Of a stretch of DNA of 64,000 nt, positions 50,928 through 59,564 are shown one piece after another (within the stretch, counting starts at the first letter, position 1; each line of letters opens with the position of its first letter). Both the position numbers and the translations under genes were made by a program. This stretch comes from Clostridia bacterium (GTDB lineage: Bacteria; Bacillota; Clostridia; Oscillospirales; CAG-382). The stretch covers positions 134,665 through 198,664 of the forward strand of contig JAFYKY010000012.1 of assembly GCA_017537345.1 (NCBI GenBank), given 5' to 3'. The notes beneath the pieces were generated by a model. The model saw nothing but the letters and a program-made list of their open reading frames with translations. It did not search any database and was not told the origin of the DNA.

Positions 50928-51860
50928 ATGATCAAGATCGGCACCGTGAATATTGATACCTCCCACGCTCCTTCCTTTGCGGAAATTTTGCTTAAGGAAG
51001 ACAGAGCACGCTACACCGCTATATATAACGATTCCTTCCGTACGGAGGAGGAAGTTAACGCTTTCTATGAAAAGTTCGGACTCACCCACAAGTGCAGTAC
51101 TCTTGAAGAAATGGTACCTCTGGTAGACGTTGCCTTTATTCAGGGCTGTGATTGGGATAAGCATATAGAAACCTGCCGTCCTTTTGTGGAAGCAGGCGTG
51201 CCCGTGTTTGTGGATAAGCCTCTCTGCGGCAATAAAAAGGATATAGACGTGTTCCGTGCCTGGGCAAAAGAGGGCAAGGTGATCCTTGGCACCTCCGCAA
51301 TGCGCTATACCTACGAGCATCAGGCATTTTTCGCCATTCCCGCAGAGGAGAGAGGGGAAATATGCCATATCACCGCCACCGTTGGTGTGGATGAATTCAA
51401 TTACGCTATCCACGCAGTGGAAAGCATTACGGGACTTCTGAACGGAGTAAAGGCAAAGAGCGTTAAGTTCGTGGGCAACGGCACTACAGACGGCGCTCCC
51501 ACGGAAACCTTCTTCGTGCTGTTCGAAAACGGCGTTTCCGCCACCTACCACGTTCGTATGAAGGGCTGGCAGCCTTCCACCCTCACCATCGTAACCACCA
51601 AGACCACATACGTTTATAAGATAGATTCAAATAAGGTTTACGAAGCTATGCTCAAGGAATTCTGCAGCTGTATGGAGGGCAAGGAAAGTATGATGGCATC
51701 CGTAGAGGATATGCTCACCTCCATAGAAATTATGCTTGCAGGCAGACTCTCCCGCGAAAACGGCGGTATCGAAGTAGACCCCAACAATATTCCCGCAGAC
51801 GATAAGGGATTTGACGGGTATGAATTCTGGGTAGGCTACGCCGCAGCACAGCGCAAGTAG
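50928..51860 (+). CDS. Gfo/Idh/MocA-like oxidoreductase
   Basis: ATG 50928 preferred (GAAAGGA RBS). MIKIGTVNIDTSHA..., FVDKPL. Confidence 0.6.
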   Translation: MIKIGTVNIDTSHAPSFAEILLKEDRARYTAIYNDSFRTEEEVNAFYEKFGLTHKCSTLEEMVPLVDVAFIQGCDWDKHIETCRPFVEAGVPVFVDKPLCGNKKDIDVFRAWAKEGKVILGTSAMRYTYEHQAFFAIPAEERGEICHITATVGVDEFNYAIHAVESITGLLNGVKAKSVKFVGNGTTDGAPTETFFVLFENGVSATYHVRMKGWQPSTLTIVTTKTTYVYKIDSNKVYEAMLKEFCSCMEGKESMMASVEDMLTSIEIMLAGRLSRENGGIEVDPNNIPADDKGFDGYEFWVGYAAAQRK

Positions 51861-51933
51861 TCACTCGGTAAAAGCACTGTAGAACAAAAACGCAAATAAT
51901 TGTATATAGTTCTGTGCAGCTAATTCCCACAAT

Positions 51934-51960
51934 GTAGGGCGGGTGGCTTGCCCCCGCCGC
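51934..51960 (+). repeat. REP variant (GTAG + GC hairpin)
   Basis: GTAG GGCGGG-tggcttgc-CCCGCC (reads tGTAGGGCGGGTGGCTTGCCCCCGCCGC). Confidence 0.6.
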
Positions 51961-51982
51961 TTTAATAACAGAATAAGGTAAA

Positions 51983-52020
51983 AATTCGGTAGAAGTAAAC
52001 CTCTACCGAATTCCTTTTTA
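51983..52020 (+). terminator. rho-independent terminator candidate downstream of the oxidoreductase gene
   Basis: AATTCGGTAGA (51983-51993) / TCTACCGAATT (52002-52012), an 11-bp perfect stem followed by a T-rich tract. Confidence 0.55.
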
Positions 52021-52076
52021 TTTTGCGTTTTTTAAAGGCTTTCGCTTCGCTGGCTGTAGGTTACTACAGCTCCCGA

Positions 52077-52110
52077 CGGGGTCCCCAAAAATGCACGCAT
52101 TTTTGGGGTG
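52077..52110. repeat. H2-type hairpin module (perfect-stem variant)
   Basis: CGGGGTCCCC then CCCCAAAAATGC-ac-GCATTTTTGGGG (52083-52108). Confidence 0.75.
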
Positions 52111-52204
52111 CCATATCCCGCTCGCGAAAGACCTTTTCTACAGCGTTTTACCTTCGCTCTCGCTCGGTCATCGAATAGACGATAGTGTAGTGCGAACAAA
52201 TTAC

Positions 52205-52288
52205 GGGACGATGAGGACATCGTCCCCTACGATTATCGAATAGCCGTGGCTGTTTGCAGACCGTAGGGGACGTCGTCCCCGACGTCCC
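52205..52288. repeat. REPIN-like inverted REP doublet
   Basis: GGGACGATG-agga-CATCGTCCC followed by CTAC (52205-52230). The same 32-nt linker as 3485-3516 with 1 substitution. GTAG GGGACGTCG-tccc-CGACGTCCC (52263-52288). Confidence 0.85.
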
Positions 52289-52307
52289 GTAACAAAATAA
52301 AAATGTA

Positions 52308-52342
52308 GGAATCCGTTTTTGACGGATTCCTTCTTTGTTTTT
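52308..52342 (+). other. GTAG-prefixed hairpin with T-tract (REP-like or orphan terminator)
   Basis: tGTAG then GGAATCCGT (52308-52316) ttttg ACGGATTCC (52322-52330) TTCTTTGTTTTT. No plus-strand gene ends nearby. Confidence 0.4.
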
Positions 52343-52572
52343 ATCGCGTTTTTCTATGAATTTTCAGTCGGGGGGCAGTAGAATACTACAGCACCCCGCG
52401 CCTGAAAATTCATTCTGCTTTGTTTATACAGCCGCCCCGCTTCAATCAGACTTTGGCTGCTATAGACGTTACATATCAATAATTTTAGATATATTTCGGC
52501 TATTCGATAACCGTGGGGCGCTGTCCGATTTAGGCTCTCTATCCACGCATCCGCAGGATGCATAGTTCCACA

Positions 52573-52773
52573 TTATTCCTCAACAAACTCGGCGATATCC
52601 TCCAAACCGCAATTCAGAGCTTTGCACAGTTTGTCCAGCGTTTTGGTTTCGATATTCTCGTTGGCGCGGAGTCGGCGTACGGTTTTATTGTCTATACCGC
52701 ATTCTTCCCTTAATACGTAGGTAGATACGCCCTTTTTCTCCATAGTTTTCCACAATCTGTCAAATATAATCAT
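52573..52773 (-). CDS. XRE-family helix-turn-helix protein (small)
   Basis: 66 aa. VSTYVLREECGIDNKTVRRLRANENIETKTLDKLCKAL is a typical Cro/CI HTH. Confidence 0.75.
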   Translation of the reverse strand: MIIFDRLWKTMEKKGVSTYVLREECGIDNKTVRRLRANENIETKTLDKLCKALNCGLEDIAEFVEE

Positions 52774-52787
52774 ACTAAATCCCTTGA

Positions 52788-53027
52788 CTATTCCAATCCC
52801 GCGAAAAATTCGTCATATGAGCAACCGTATATTTTCTTCAACGCCACGATCACGCTGGCGCGCACGTTCAATTCGCCGGATTCGTACTTTGCGTATGTGG
52901 TTCTGCCGATATCACAGCCGCGGCGCTGCAGTTCGGCGCACAGCTTTTCTTGAGATAACCCTTTTTCGCCCCGCAATCTACGCAGATTATTGCCTAAATT
53001 CAGATCACGCCTTATTTTCTGTTCCAT
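52788..53027 (-). CDS. XRE-family helix-turn-helix protein
   Basis: 79 aa. LGNNLRRLRGEKGLSQEKLCAELQRRGCDIGRTTYAKYESGELNV. Confidence 0.8.
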   Translation of the reverse strand: MEQKIRRDLNLGNNLRRLRGEKGLSQEKLCAELQRRGCDIGRTTYAKYESGELNVRASVIVALKKIYGCSYDEFFAGLE

Positions 53028-53055
53028 AAAACATCCTCTTTTTGACCAGTATTGG

Positions 53056-53084
53056 TTGCAACCGAGAATATTCTATGTTATAAT
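53056..53084 (+). promoter_or_regulatory. extended -10 promoter for the SLOG gene, bracketed by 9-bp inverted repeats
   Basis: TTGCAA (53056-53061), 17 nt, TGtTATAAT (53079-53084). GACCAGTAT (53043-53051) and ATACTGGTC (53105-53113) flank it. Confidence 0.55.
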
Positions 53085-53131
53085 ACTTCAAAATATTGAC
53101 CGCTATACTGGTCTGTTTGGAGAAATCGGCA

Positions 53132-53575
53132 ATGAAAACTTGTACTTTTTTCGGGCACAGCGATGCGCCGAGCGATATTTTAGATAAGCTGTATCTCATT
53201 TTGGAGGATCTGATCGTAAATAAAGACGTAGGTTGCTTTTTGGTCGGCAACCAAGGGGCGTTTGACAGAACGGTTTTACGCACTCTTCGGCTGCTTAAGG
53301 TCGATTATCCTCATATTTTATATTCAGTGGTAATTCCTTACCTTACGTATAAAGAAAATGAATATTATTCGGAAGACGAAACTGTTTTCCCCGGTATATT
53401 GGATACCTGCCCCGAAAAATTTTCCATAGACAGACGTAACAAATGGATGATAAAAGAATCCGATTACGTGGTCTGCTACATAAAATGCGATTTTTCCCGT
53501 TCCGCCCAATATATGGAGATGGCAAAACGCAGAAAAAAGACTGTTATAAACCTGGCACCTTCCGCATTTGATTAA
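53132..53575 (+). CDS. SLOG-fold protein (DUF1273 / YpsA-like)
   Basis: ATG 53132 preferred (GGAG RBS). MKTCTFFGHSD..., VGNQGAFD..., and the RRNKWMIKESDYVVCY pattern are typical of DUF1273. Confidence 0.65.
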   Translation: MKTCTFFGHSDAPSDILDKLYLILEDLIVNKDVGCFLVGNQGAFDRTVLRTLRLLKVDYPHILYSVVIPYLTYKENEYYSEDETVFPGILDTCPEKFSIDRRNKWMIKESDYVVCYIKCDFSRSAQYMEMAKRRKKTVINLAPSAFD

Positions 53576-53577
53576 TT

Positions 53578-53680
53578 GTTTTTTGCCTCGCAAAAAACTA
53601 CCGAAATTCCCGGGGTTCCCCGCAAAACCGCAGGTTTTGTGGGGTGGGTTCCTCATTCATCATTTATCATTCATCATTAA
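53578..53680 (+). repeat. modular repeat (module A inverted + H2 + heptamers)
   Basis: GTTTTTTGC-ctc-GCAAAAAAC then TACCGAA. CCCGGGGTTCCCCGCAAAACC-gca-GGTTTTGTGGGGTGGG. TTCCTCA TTCATCA TTTATCA TTCATCA TTAA (to 53680). Confidence 0.85.
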
Positions 53681-53711
53681 AAAATCCTTGCTTAACAGCA
53701 AGGATTTTTTG
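53679..53711. terminator. bidirectional rho-independent terminator
   Basis: AAAAAATCCTTGCT-taac-AGCAAGGATTTTTT. Contains the stop codon of the minus-strand M48 gene. Confidence 0.75.
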
Positions 53712-54924
53712 TTATTTCTTCTTCCACCGCTTCTATTCTCTGCGCCAGAGGGGGATGGCTGTAATCCAGCGCCACGTTGAGCTTTGAGGGAGAAAGGTGG
53801 GCGAAGTTTTCGCGGGCGAGCTTTTTGAGTGCGGTTATCATAGCCTCGCCGTAGCCTTCTTTTACAGACTGTTTATCTGCGCGGAATTCTGCTTTTCGGC
53901 TGTACGCGTTTATAATAAGGCTCGTAAAGGGCTGGATAACGCCCAATCCCACGCCCAAAAGTATATATGCAAAGCCGTAGTTTACCGTTTCAAACCCGAA
54001 AGCAGTATGCAAAGCAGGCTCTCTTACCGCAAACCACACGGCGCACGCCATTATAAGCAGGTTGCCCAAATTCATTATCTGCATTTTAAGCACGTCCTTG
54101 TGCAGACCGTGTCCCAGCTCGTGGGCGAACACGGCGCAGATCTCGTCCGGTGTCATGGAATTTACAAGGTTATCGTATAAAACGATAGTCTTCATTTTGC
54201 CGAACCCCGTGAAATACGCGTTGAGCTTTGTGGTACGGCGGGATGCGTCCATAACCTCAATGGCTTTTACCTTGTAGCCGTGGTCGGTAAGCAGGGACAT
54301 AAGACGGTCTTTCAATTCCCCGTCCTCAAGGGGAGTGAACTTGTTTCCGATACGGCTGAAAACGGGATAAAGGAAGGAAACCGCCAGAGTAAAAAGGAAC
54401 AAAACCGCGGCAAACAGTAAAATAAGTAAGTCTCCGAAGGCTTGGTGTATTCCCCATAGGACGCACACCAACCCCAAAGAAAGAGCGAAGGAAAGCAGGG
54501 TGTTTCGTATAATATCAAAAACGAAGGTTTTTGCGGAAGAACGGTTGAAGCCGTATTTTTCTTCGATGATCATTACCGAAATATAGCTTTTTATTACGGA
54601 AAAAACCGTATCGGCGGTCGTTTCCAGAAGGATAACGGCGAACAGCCCCCAGAACACCGTGTCGGGAAACAGCGATGCGAAGGCGGAATACGCGTCCGCA
54701 GCAAGAAGCGCCACGGTTACAACAAAGGACACCGCCGTGGAAGCGAGGGAAAGCACGCAGTTTTCCGCGCTGTATTTTTTCCATTTAAGATAGGTTTCCG
54801 TATCGTACACGTCGGCAACGCTTTGAGGCGTGGGATTGTTCGCGGAACGGTACTGTACGATACCGAGAACAAGACGGTAAATGAAGGTGATGAGGGCAAC
54901 TCCGATTACTGCAAATTTAATCAT
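53692..54924 (-). CDS. M48-family zinc metallopeptidase (Ste24/HtpX-like), polytopic
   Basis: ATG 54924 preferred (GGGAGA RBS); ATG 54939 is possible. The upstream ORF extension is repeat sequence. HELGHGLHKD (HExxH) and multiple TM helices. Confidence 0.85.
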   Translation of the reverse strand: MIKFAVIGVALITFIYRLVLGIVQYRSANNPTPQSVADVYDTETYLKWKKYSAENCVLSLASTAVSFVVTVALLAADAYSAFASLFPDTVFWGLFAVILLETTADTVFSVIKSYISVMIIEEKYGFNRSSAKTFVFDIIRNTLLSFALSLGLVCVLWGIHQAFGDLLILLFAAVLFLFTLAVSFLYPVFSRIGNKFTPLEDGELKDRLMSLLTDHGYKVKAIEVMDASRRTTKLNAYFTGFGKMKTIVLYDNLVNSMTPDEICAVFAHELGHGLHKDVLKMQIMNLGNLLIMACAVWFAVREPALHTAFGFETVNYGFAYILLGVGLGVIQPFTSLIINAYSRKAEFRADKQSVKEGYGEAMITALKKLARENFAHLSPSKLNVALDYSHPPLAQRIEAVEEEITKNPCC

Positions 54925-54941
54925 AATATATTCTCCCATTG

Positions 54942-55037
54942 TTAACGATGAACTATGAACTATGAACTTTGGAAGATTTTTGCCCTTGTGGGCAAAAATC
55001 AACCATTAGTTTCTCGTTCATCGTTCCTCGTTCATAG
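54942..55037. repeat. modular repeat between the MATE and M48 genes
   Basis: TTAACGATG AACTATG AACTATG AACTTTG. TTGGAAGATTTTTGCCC-ttgt-GGGCAAAAATCAACCATT. AGTTTCT CGTTCAT CGTTCCT CGTTCAT. Confidence 0.85.
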
Positions 55038-55039
55038 TT

Positions 55040-56440
55040 TTATACAGACATCTCTCTGTTGGCTGTTTTCATTGTGCTTGCAAGGAAAATCACGCTCAAC
55101 GTAAGGGACGCTATTTCTGCAAGGGGGAACGCAAGCCATACCGCCCAGAGATGCCCCGTAAGAGAAAGGAGCCACGCCGCAGGGATAAGCACCACGAGCT
55201 GACGGCAGGCGGAGGTGATAAGAGAGAAGAAGGGGTTTCCGATCGCCTGAGTAACGCTTATGGTTATAATGCAAAATCCTGCGGGAATGAAGGAAAGTCC
55301 GATAAGGCGCAGACAGTTTATGCCCATAGAGAGCATATTTTCGGTGGGGTTGAACATACCCAGCAAAAGCTCGGGAGCAAGCAGGAACACCGCGTAACCC
55401 GCCGCCATTATGGATACCGCCGTTATGATGGATATTTTTATGGTCTTTTTAACACGGTCGGGCTGCTTTGCGCCGTAGTTATAGGATATAATGGGGATCA
55501 TACCGTTGTTAAGACCGAACACGGGCATAAAGATGAAGCTCTGGAGCTTGAAGTATATGCCGTAAACGGTGGCGGCAAGTTCGGTAAATCCGTTGGTAAG
55601 GATCTGGTTTAAGGTAAAGGTGGTAAGAGAGCCTACCGCCTGCATTATAATGGAGGGAGAGCCAACCTTGTATATCTCCTTCACGGAGGGGCCGTGGGGA
55701 CGGAAGTTTTTGATATGCAATCTTACATCGGGGTTGAAGAATATATTAAAAACAAGTCCCATCAAGGCGGCGATGATCTGTCCCGTAATGGTGGCGTACG
55801 CCGCGCCGGCAACGCCGAGTCCCAAGCCCAAGGGCATTTCAAACACGCCGAATAACGTATCGCCCTTGTTAAAAATAAAGATGGGGTCCAGTATAATATT
55901 TATTAAAGCGCCGGTAAACTGGGTAACGGTGGAAAGCATTGTCCTGCCCGTACTCTGAAGCATACGCTCAAAGCAGAACTGACCGAAAATACCGATACTT
56001 CCCGCAAGACAGATGGTGGTGTAAACGGTGCCGAAATCTATAATTTCCTGTATGCCCGTCTGCACCTTGAAAAAGGGGCGGGAAAGGAAAACGCCGATAA
56101 ACGCGAATACGAGCGCGGTGCATACGGTTAAGAAAAGTCCCGTGCCTGCGGCTCTGTCTGCGCTTTCTCTATCCTTTCTGCCCAATGATTTGGAGATAAG
56201 AGTGTTCATACCCAGCATCGTACCGCCGCCGAATGCGATCATAAGGCTTTGAAGAGGGAAAGCAAGGGTAAGAGCCGTAAGCTCGTTGCCCGTTTCGCTT
56301 ATCTGCGCTACGAAAATACTGTCTACTATATTATAAAACGCCTGCATAAGCATAGAGAGCATCATGGGCACGGACATGGAAAATAACAGTTTTCCCACCG
56401 GCATAACGCCCATTTTGTTTTCTTTTACAGAACCGTTCAT
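55040..56440 (-). CDS. MATE-family efflux transporter
   Basis: ATG 56440 preferred (MNGSVKENKMGVMPVGKLLFSMSVPMMLSMLMQAFYNIVDSIFV). 12 TM helices. The ORF extension to 56551 runs into the H2 repeat. Confidence 0.88.
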   Translation of the reverse strand: MNGSVKENKMGVMPVGKLLFSMSVPMMLSMLMQAFYNIVDSIFVAQISETGNELTALTLAFPLQSLMIAFGGGTMLGMNTLISKSLGRKDRESADRAAGTGLFLTVCTALVFAFIGVFLSRPFFKVQTGIQEIIDFGTVYTTICLAGSIGIFGQFCFERMLQSTGRTMLSTVTQFTGALINIILDPIFIFNKGDTLFGVFEMPLGLGLGVAGAAYATITGQIIAALMGLVFNIFFNPDVRLHIKNFRPHGPSVKEIYKVGSPSIIMQAVGSLTTFTLNQILTNGFTELAATVYGIYFKLQSFIFMPVFGLNNGMIPIISYNYGAKQPDRVKKTIKISIITAVSIMAAGYAVFLLAPELLLGMFNPTENMLSMGINCLRLIGLSFIPAGFCIITISVTQAIGNPFFSLITSACRQLVVLIPAAWLLSLTGHLWAVWLAFPLAEIASLTLSVIFLASTMKTANREMSV

Positions 56441-56533
56441 AAGATCACCGTTCCTTTGTTTCAAAAAATCCACATTATTATACAGCAAAGGAGAAGATTT
56501 GTCAATGAAACTATGAGCTGTAAATGTACAAAG

Positions 56534-56575
56534 CCCACCCCAAAAACGCATAGCGGTTTCGGGGTGGGTTTCTCG
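56534..56575. repeat. H2-type hairpin module plus short heptamer tail
   Basis: CCCACCCCAAAAACGC-ata-GCGGTTTCGGGGTGGG followed by TTTCTCG TTATTTT. Confidence 0.75.
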
Positions 56576-56581
56576 TTATTT

Positions 56582-58513
56582 TTACAGTTCTATTATCTTT
56601 ATCTCTCCCTTGTTTGCCGATACTCCGTTTACGGTCACCGCCGTATCGGTATCGTTCCAGAGGGTGAGTATGCTTTTTTCACCAAGGGTATATTTTGCCG
56701 CCCAGACCCCTGCGGGGAAGTTCTGATCCGGCAGGTCAAACTTGCCGTCGGTAAAGAAGGCTCTGTACGGCTCACGCAGGTCGATTATCTTTTTTACGTA
56801 TTCCGCATAATTATGGCAGACCTCAATAGTCTTTGCTCTGCAACGGTAAAGACCGATATCGAAAAGCAGACCGAACACGAAAGCATAGTTAAGATGCTTT
56901 TCCCAGCCCGAAACCTCATCATGCAGAAATCGGTTTGTTACGGGAATATCGGGGAAAACATAGCGGAATATGTAAGGGTACGCATCGGGCGTATAGGTCA
57001 TACCCACGCCGCAGCCGTGAACAAAATCCACCTGCACGCTTACTCTGTCCATAACCCCCTCGGTGCCGAATATGTGGGTGTCGCCATCCACCATTTTTCG
57101 CATTTCCGTTACGGTTTCGGTACGGAGCTGACCGTCCAGATCTATACGGTTTCCGTGGGAATGGGTTTTATCAAAGCACAGACGGAAAGCACAGCAAAGC
57201 TGATCAAAAAAGGTGCCGTTTGACCCAAGGTCAAGGTGCCTTTTTTCCAGTTCGTACAGCTTTTCCCGCCACTGCTCGGTGCCGTGGCAGGCGTTTACAA
57301 AGCATTTGTGCCCGTGGGAAAGCAGGGTGCCGTTATCCGTAAACATATAAAATTCACGGTATTCGTTTAATTCAAAATCCTTCATGGTGTATTTGTAGCC
57401 TTCGGTTTTGTAGTAATCGGTGGCTACGTCTATAATATGCCCGTTGGCGTACAGCACCACTCTGCCGCCCATATCGTTAATTTCTTTTATGGCTTTTTTA
57501 AGCTCTTCTTCGCCGCCCAGCATTTCGTCAGGCATATAATTGGGGTATCCGTTATCCATACCCTCCTGCCACCAGGCAAAAAGGAGTATCATATCAATAC
57601 CGTATTTTTGCCCTTCCTTAAATACGCGGGGAAGGTCGCAGTAACGGTGGAAAAGCTCACCGTGCTGGTGCTTCATAATAATTCTTTGCCAGCCGTTAAG
57701 TCTTTTTACGCTTTCGCTTCTGGTTACGGGCTTTAAGTATTTTTTTGCGCTTTCTTTATAAATATCTGCACCCTTTCTCCAGTCCCCGTCGCATACGGCG
57801 ATGGTAAAATCACCGTATGTAACCGTTTCGCCGGGGTTTACCACAGGGTAAGAGGATATGCAGGCGCACATATAGGGTGTGTGCGCTTCCTCTCTCGGCT
57901 CGGTATACAGAGTAAAGGTCGCCCAACGGCATTCTTCGCTGTGGCATCCCATGTAAAGGGATTTATTTCCGCTTTCCATAACCATCCAAGGCATAGAAAG
58001 GGCGGCGGGGTATTCAAAAAGGGCTTTTATGTTTTTGTAATCCGCCCCCATATACTCGGTGTGGCAAAAGCCAACGTGACGGTGAGGGTCGGGAATACGT
58101 CTGCCCAGCCCGTTGGGAAGATACAAAACGTCATCCTTTAACTCTCCGTTAAGGGAAACGTAATCCAAAAACGGGTACTGCAGTTCGTTCAGACGCACAT
58201 CCGAACGGTTTTCCATAGTAGCGGAAAAAGACAGCATATCGTCAACGTTTTTTACTTCAAGAGTAAGCTTTATATCGTGTACGGAGCCATCCTCCGCTTT
58301 AACGGAATCGTATATAATGCGCAGACCGTCTTCGGTTTTTATGGTTTCGGGTGTGTCCTGCAGATGGGAATATACGCCCAATTCACGGGGGTATCCCGCC
58401 TTGCCGTAATCAAGGTGTAAACGCCAAAAGTCCCCGTTTTCTCTGTAAACGGGGTTAAATCCTTCGGCAGATATTTTTAAAGCCTTATCAAACGTAAAAT
58501 AAGCTTTGGGCAT
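56582..58513 (-). CDS. uncharacterised 643-aa cytoplasmic protein (possibly glycoside-hydrolase-like TIM barrel)
   Basis: No signal peptide. Central ...IDMILLFAWWQEGMDNGYPNY...RVVLYANGH... is suggestive of a sugar-active barrel. Starts 1 nt after the pyrB stop. Confidence 0.4.
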   Translation of the reverse strand: MPKAYFTFDKALKISAEGFNPVYRENGDFWRLHLDYGKAGYPRELGVYSHLQDTPETIKTEDGLRIIYDSVKAEDGSVHDIKLTLEVKNVDDMLSFSATMENRSDVRLNELQYPFLDYVSLNGELKDDVLYLPNGLGRRIPDPHRHVGFCHTEYMGADYKNIKALFEYPAALSMPWMVMESGNKSLYMGCHSEECRWATFTLYTEPREEAHTPYMCACISSYPVVNPGETVTYGDFTIAVCDGDWRKGADIYKESAKKYLKPVTRSESVKRLNGWQRIIMKHQHGELFHRYCDLPRVFKEGQKYGIDMILLFAWWQEGMDNGYPNYMPDEMLGGEEELKKAIKEINDMGGRVVLYANGHIIDVATDYYKTEGYKYTMKDFELNEYREFYMFTDNGTLLSHGHKCFVNACHGTEQWREKLYELEKRHLDLGSNGTFFDQLCCAFRLCFDKTHSHGNRIDLDGQLRTETVTEMRKMVDGDTHIFGTEGVMDRVSVQVDFVHGCGVGMTYTPDAYPYIFRYVFPDIPVTNRFLHDEVSGWEKHLNYAFVFGLLFDIGLYRCRAKTIEVCHNYAEYVKKIIDLREPYRAFFTDGKFDLPDQNFPAGVWAAKYTLGEKSILTLWNDTDTAVTVNGVSANKGEIKIIEL

Positions 58514-58514
58514 T

Positions 58515-59564
58515 TTATTTCAGCTCCTCATCGCACCATACACAGCGTCCGTTCTTGGAGTATACGGGCAGCTCCTGCTCGGTGTGGGATATACAACGTC
58601 CGTTGGGGCAGGCTTTCTGGGTAACAGATGCGCCTTCCAACAGGTCTGCACCCTTATGCTCACCGGAAAGAAGCAGCATAATAAGTGCCATACGCATATA
58701 TTTGCCCCACATTACCTGCTTAAAGTAGCAAGCCCGCTTGTCTGCGTCCACTCCCACGGAAATTTCGTTTACTCTGGGCAGGGGGTGAAGAATTATCATA
58801 TCCTCTTTTGCCTTTTTCAGCTTTTCGGTGTCCAGAATATATACGTCCCTGAGGCGCTCGTACTGCTCACGGTCTGCAAAACGCTCCTGCTGAACACGGG
58901 TCATATACAGTACGTCAAGCTCAGGCAGAGCTTTTTCCAAATTGTCCGTTTCGGAAAACTCCATATTCTTAAGGGGACCTTCCTTAACGTATTCGGGAAT
59001 TTTAAGTTCATCGGGGGAGATAAGTACTACACGCACGTTTTCGTATCTCGCCAAAGCGTTTATAAGGGAATGTACGGTTCTGCCGTATTTAAGGTCTCCG
59101 CAAAAACCTACGGTAAGTCCGTTAATAACCCCTTTTTCGCTTTTAATGGTGCAAAGGTCGGTAAGTGTCTGGGTGGGATGGCAATGACCGCCGTCCCCTG
59201 CGTTTATAACGGGGATAGATGCGCTTACCGCCGCAACAGCGGGGGCGCCCTCAAGAGGATGGCGCATAGCCATAATATCCGCATAGCAGGAAACAACCTT
59301 GGACGTATCGTTTATACTCTCGCCCTTGGAAGCGGATGAGGTGGCAGATGAATGTACGGAAAGCACGCTGCCGCCCAGCTCCAGCATCGCCGCTTCAAAA
59401 GAAAGACGGGTGCGGGTAGAGGGTTCAAAAAACATTGCCGCCAGCTTTTTGCCTTTGCAAACGGAGGAATATTTTTCGGGGTTTTGGTGCATATCCATTG
59501 CCGTGTTTATAAGGTTGTCTATCTCTTTAACAGAAAGATCGGTTATATCTATAACGCTGTTCAT
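58515..59564 (-). CDS. pyrB: aspartate carbamoyltransferase catalytic chain with C-terminal PyrI-type zinc domain
   Basis: 349 aa. FFEPSTRTRLSFE, HPTQ, HPLPRV. About 45 extra C-terminal residues: CPNGRCISHTE...RCVWCDEE. Confidence 0.9.
   Translation of the reverse strand: MNSVIDITDLSVKEIDNLINTAMDMHQNPEKYSSVCKGKKLAAMFFEPSTRTRLSFEAAMLELGGSVLSVHSSATSSASKGESINDTSKVVSCYADIMAMRHPLEGAPAVAAVSASIPVINAGDGGHCHPTQTLTDLCTIKSEKGVINGLTVGFCGDLKYGRTVHSLINALARYENVRVVLISPDELKIPEYVKEGPLKNMEFSETDNLEKALPELDVLYMTRVQQERFADREQYERLRDVYILDTEKLKKAKEDMIILHPLPRVNEISVGVDADKRACYFKQVMWGKYMRMALIMLLLSGEHKGADLLEGASVTQKACPNGRCISHTEQELPVYSKNGRCVWCDEELK

Noticed and set aside
51861-53711. The XRE/SLOG region as a prophage remnant or integrative element.
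   Set aside because: There is no integrase, recombinase, phage structural gene, tRNA target or direct-repeat att sites. Only repeat-family modules flank it, and they flank many core genes too. It is retained as a low-key finding rather than called a mobile element.
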